This document shows, piece by piece, positions 61,407 through 64,000 of a stretch of 64,000 nt of DNA. Under the pieces are notes generated by a model that saw only the letters and a list, made by a program, of their open reading frames with translations, searched no databases and was not told the DNA's origin. Each line of letters starts with the position of its first letter. Position 1 is the first letter of the stretch. Position numbers and translations under genes: made by a program. Source of the DNA: Nannocystales bacterium (GTDB taxonomy: Bacteria; Myxococcota_A; Polyangia; Nannocystales; Nannocystaceae); the NCBI GenBank assembly GCA_050633305.1, contig JBOEGF010000047.1, forward strand, positions 1 through 64,000, given 5' to 3'.

Positions 61407-62222
61407 GTGTCGTTCCTGAACATCACACGCGCCGGTCACGTTGCCCATGTCCTCTTGGACAACCCCAAGAAGCTCAACGCGATGGGGACGGAGTTTTGGA
61501 CCGAGACCGCCAAGACGCTGCACGCACTGGGCGAAGACCCCGAGGTCCGTGCGGTCGTGGTGCGGGGTGCAGGCCGGGCGTTCACATCCGGGCTCGACAT
61601 CCCGGACATCATGTCGAAGCTGCCGATCGACCCGACCGGAGGGCCACCGGATGGGAGCCGGCAAGCCGCACTCCACCGCTTGATCCGCGAAATGCAGGGC
61701 GCGGTCAGTGCGTTTGAACGACTGCCGGTCCCGGTTATCGCGGCCGTGCACGGGTACTGCCTGGGCGCCGGGGTGGACCTCATCACGGCTTGTGACATCC
61801 GCCTCGCCAGCGCCGATGCGGTGTTTGGCGTCCGAGAGACGAAGATTGCGATGGTCGCTGATGTTGGCACGCTGCAACGCCTCCCGCGAATCGTGGGCCC
61901 TGGGCACGCACGCGAACTGGCCTACACCGGGCGTGATTTCGATGCCGCCTACGCCGAGAAGATTGGGCTGGTCAACCGCGTCCTTCCCGACCCCGACGCG
62001 CTGTTTGCCGACGCCGATGCGCTGGCGCAAGAAATCGCGGCCAACCCTCCCCTCGCCGTCCGTGGAAGCAAACACGTGATGAACGAAGCCCAGCGGCACG
62101 ATATCGACCGTGAGCTCGAGTACGTCGCGACGTACAACGCAGCGCACCTGGTCACCCAGGATCTGGGTGTCGCCATCACCGCAGCGCTCACCAAGCAAAA
62201 ACCCGAGTTCAGCGGTCGCTGA
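61407..62222 (+). CDS. Enoyl-CoA hydratase/dienoyl-CoA isomerase (crotonase family)
   Basis: AFTSGLD, PVIAAVHGYCLGAGVDLITACDIR, ADVGTLQRLP. Confidence 0.95.
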   Translation: MSFLNITRAGHVAHVLLDNPKKLNAMGTEFWTETAKTLHALGEDPEVRAVVVRGAGRAFTSGLDIPDIMSKLPIDPTGGPPDGSRQAALHRLIREMQGAVSAFERLPVPVIAAVHGYCLGAGVDLITACDIRLASADAVFGVRETKIAMVADVGTLQRLPRIVGPGHARELAYTGRDFDAAYAEKIGLVNRVLPDPDALFADADALAQEIAANPPLAVRGSKHVMNEAQRHDIDRELEYVATYNAAHLVTQDLGVAITAALTKQKPEFSGR

Positions 62223-62260
62223 GTGGGAATACGGACCCCCGAGCCTCGGTTTGGGGCGCC

Positions 62261-62785
62261 ATGCCTCCCGCAAGACGGCTGCGCGCCAGTCTCCTCTTCT
62301 TGCTCGCCTCCACGCTCGGGACGGGCTGCGACCTCGGCACAAAACTCTGGGCAACCGAGGCCCTCGCCGGAGGTGCCCAGCCAGTCGCGGCACCGTGGGT
62401 CTCCCTGCAGCTCGCCTACAACCGCGGCACCGCGTTCAGCGTGTTCCCCAAGCTCGGGAACGCGCTGCCCATGATGGCCGTGCTTGCGCTGCTCATCTCG
62501 GTCGCCGTGGGGGTCTATGTATGGCGCAGCCGTCCCGATGGCATCACCACGTTCGCGCTGGGCAGTATCGTCGCTGGGGCGCTGGGCAATGGCTACGACC
62601 GCGCGTTTCGCAACGCGCCCGGTGGCGGGACCGGTGTGGTCGACTTTGTCTCGGTGCGACTGCCCGGGGGCTACGTCTGGCCGACGTTCAACGTCGCGGA
62701 CGTTCTGCTGGTCGTCGGCGTCGCAACACTCTTCGCGCTCAGCATCCGACGCCGTAGCGCTGCTCCCCAGGCGTCCACCGCCTGA
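62261..62785 (+). CDS. lspA: Lipoprotein signal peptidase II
   Basis: NRGTAFS, GALGNGYDR, VVDF, WPTFNVAD. Confidence 0.93.
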   Translation: MPPARRLRASLLFLLASTLGTGCDLGTKLWATEALAGGAQPVAAPWVSLQLAYNRGTAFSVFPKLGNALPMMAVLALLISVAVGVYVWRSRPDGITTFALGSIVAGALGNGYDRAFRNAPGGGTGVVDFVSVRLPGGYVWPTFNVADVLLVVGVATLFALSIRRRSAAPQASTA

Positions 62786-62788
62786 GGC

Positions 62789-63754
62789 TCAGTCGATCGA
62801 CTTCACGCGTCGGTGGAAGCGAGCCACGATGTTCGGGTCCGGCGTGAGCGTGATCTGGGCATTCTCTTTTCCCTTGTAGGGAAACAGGCTGAGGATGTGC
62901 CGAATCGCGGCGAGCCGAGCACGCTTCTTGGAGTTCGCCTTGACGATGACCCACGGGCTGAAGGACGTGTGCGTCCGCGCGAACATCTCCTCTTTGTAGC
63001 GGGTGTACGTATCCCACAGGTCCTGGGCGCGATCGTCGACAGGACTGAGCTTCCACTGTTTGAGGGGGTTCTTCCGTCGGGCCTCAAAACGAGATTTCTG
63101 CTCGTCCTTGGAGATCGAGAACCAGAACTTGACCAAGTTCAGACCATCCTCGTAGAGCATGTGCTCAAACTCGGGAACCTGCCGCACGAAGGTGTCGTAC
63201 TGCGCTTGTTTGCAGAACCCGTTCACGGGCTCGACCACCGCGCGGTTGTACCAACTGCGATCGAAGAACACGATCTCGCCGGGATTGGGAAGCTGCCGGG
63301 TGTAGCGCTGGAAGTACCATTGCCCCTGCTCTTCGTCGGTGGGCTTCGGCAACGCGACGACTCGCATGGAGCGAGGGTTGAGATGTTCGGTGAATCGCCG
63401 AATCGTGCCGCCCTTTCCGGCGGCGTCGCGCCCCTCGAACAAGATGGCGATGCGCAGACCCTTGTCTTGAACCCACCGCTGCAGCTTCACCAGCTCGACC
63501 TGAAGCTGGCTGAGTTCTTCCTCGTACTGAAGCACGGAGACCACCTTCTTGAGGTTGATGTCTCGATGCCGCAGCAGCGCGATCAGGCCATCCCGCGACG
63601 TGACGCGCGAGAGTTCATCGTGTGTCAGCGGTGCCTTCCGCTTCTTCTTGGACACGTCGAGGATCCCGTCCTCGTCTTCGCTGGCCACTATCGTGGCAAG
63701 GACCTCTTCGGGAGCCCCTGCCTGTCCTCGCTTGCTCGCCGTGCTCTTCCCCAT
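62789..63754 (-). CDS. ppk2: Polyphosphate kinase 2
   Basis: FEGRDAAGKGG, WYFQRY, FDRSWYNRA, KQWKLSP. Confidence 0.96.
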   Translation of the reverse strand: MGKSTASKRGQAGAPEEVLATIVASEDEDGILDVSKKKRKAPLTHDELSRVTSRDGLIALLRHRDINLKKVVSVLQYEEELSQLQVELVKLQRWVQDKGLRIAILFEGRDAAGKGGTIRRFTEHLNPRSMRVVALPKPTDEEQGQWYFQRYTRQLPNPGEIVFFDRSWYNRAVVEPVNGFCKQAQYDTFVRQVPEFEHMLYEDGLNLVKFWFSISKDEQKSRFEARRKNPLKQWKLSPVDDRAQDLWDTYTRYKEEMFARTHTSFSPWVIVKANSKKRARLAAIRHILSLFPYKGKENAQITLTPDPNIVARFHRRVKSID

Positions 63755-63847
63755 TGAGAAGATCAGTGTGACGCCACCGCCCGACTCTCGTTCCGCAAAT
63801 GCTGCGTCAGGCCCAACAAGGGACGCCCCAGTAGACCTGGGCCGCCC

Positions 63848-64000
63848 CTAACGCATACGTCGCTCGAGACGACGCGCGGTGTCTTCGAGGACCGCCCGGT
63901 ACGTTGGCGGAACCAACTCCACCTGGTGTCGCAGGTACGGCAGCAACTCGGAGTTCGTCAGCTCGCGGAGCGCGTGAAGGGCCAGTTCGGCGAACACCTT
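63848..64000 (-). CDS. C-terminal part of a hypothetical protein (truncated by window)
   Basis: Open frame KVFAELALHALRELTNSELLPYLR...RRMR* from window edge. Confidence 0.6.
   Translation of the reverse strand, partial: KVFAELALHALRELTNSELLPYLRHQVELVPPTYRAVLEDTARRLERRMR

Overview
High-GC bacterial DNA that looks like Myxococcota, probably Nannocystaceae-like: many lipoproteins with Ser/Thr/Gly-rich linkers, a MYXO-CTERM-type protein, and a Ser/Thr kinase-TPR plus ECF sigma pair. Taxonomy is inferred from gene style only. The left ~38 kb is an accessory region of small regulators, exported proteins, immunity/repair-type genes, IS remnants and many frameshifted or chimeric pseudogenes. The right ~26 kb is more intact (polB, SNF2 helicase, kinase/ECF, cystathionine beta-synthase, OmpA-like, enoyl-CoA hydratase, lspA, ppk2). 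The main discovery is at 18.5-19.33 kb on the minus strand: two back-to-back modules offset by ~440 bp with near-identical geometry. Each has a TTGACA-17 nt-(-10) promoter, a short ORF starting 10 nt after the -10, a 186-187 nt leader with alternative pairings, and two atypical CCA-less isoacceptor tRNAs 5 nt apart. One module carries Arg(GCG)+Arg(UCG); the other carries short-variable-arm Leu(CAG)+Leu(GAG). The Leu leader peptide contains tandem CUC/CUG Leu codons that the downstream tRNAs would read, suggesting a translation-sensing backup-tRNA system. All calls come from reading the sequence by eye; no searches were run.
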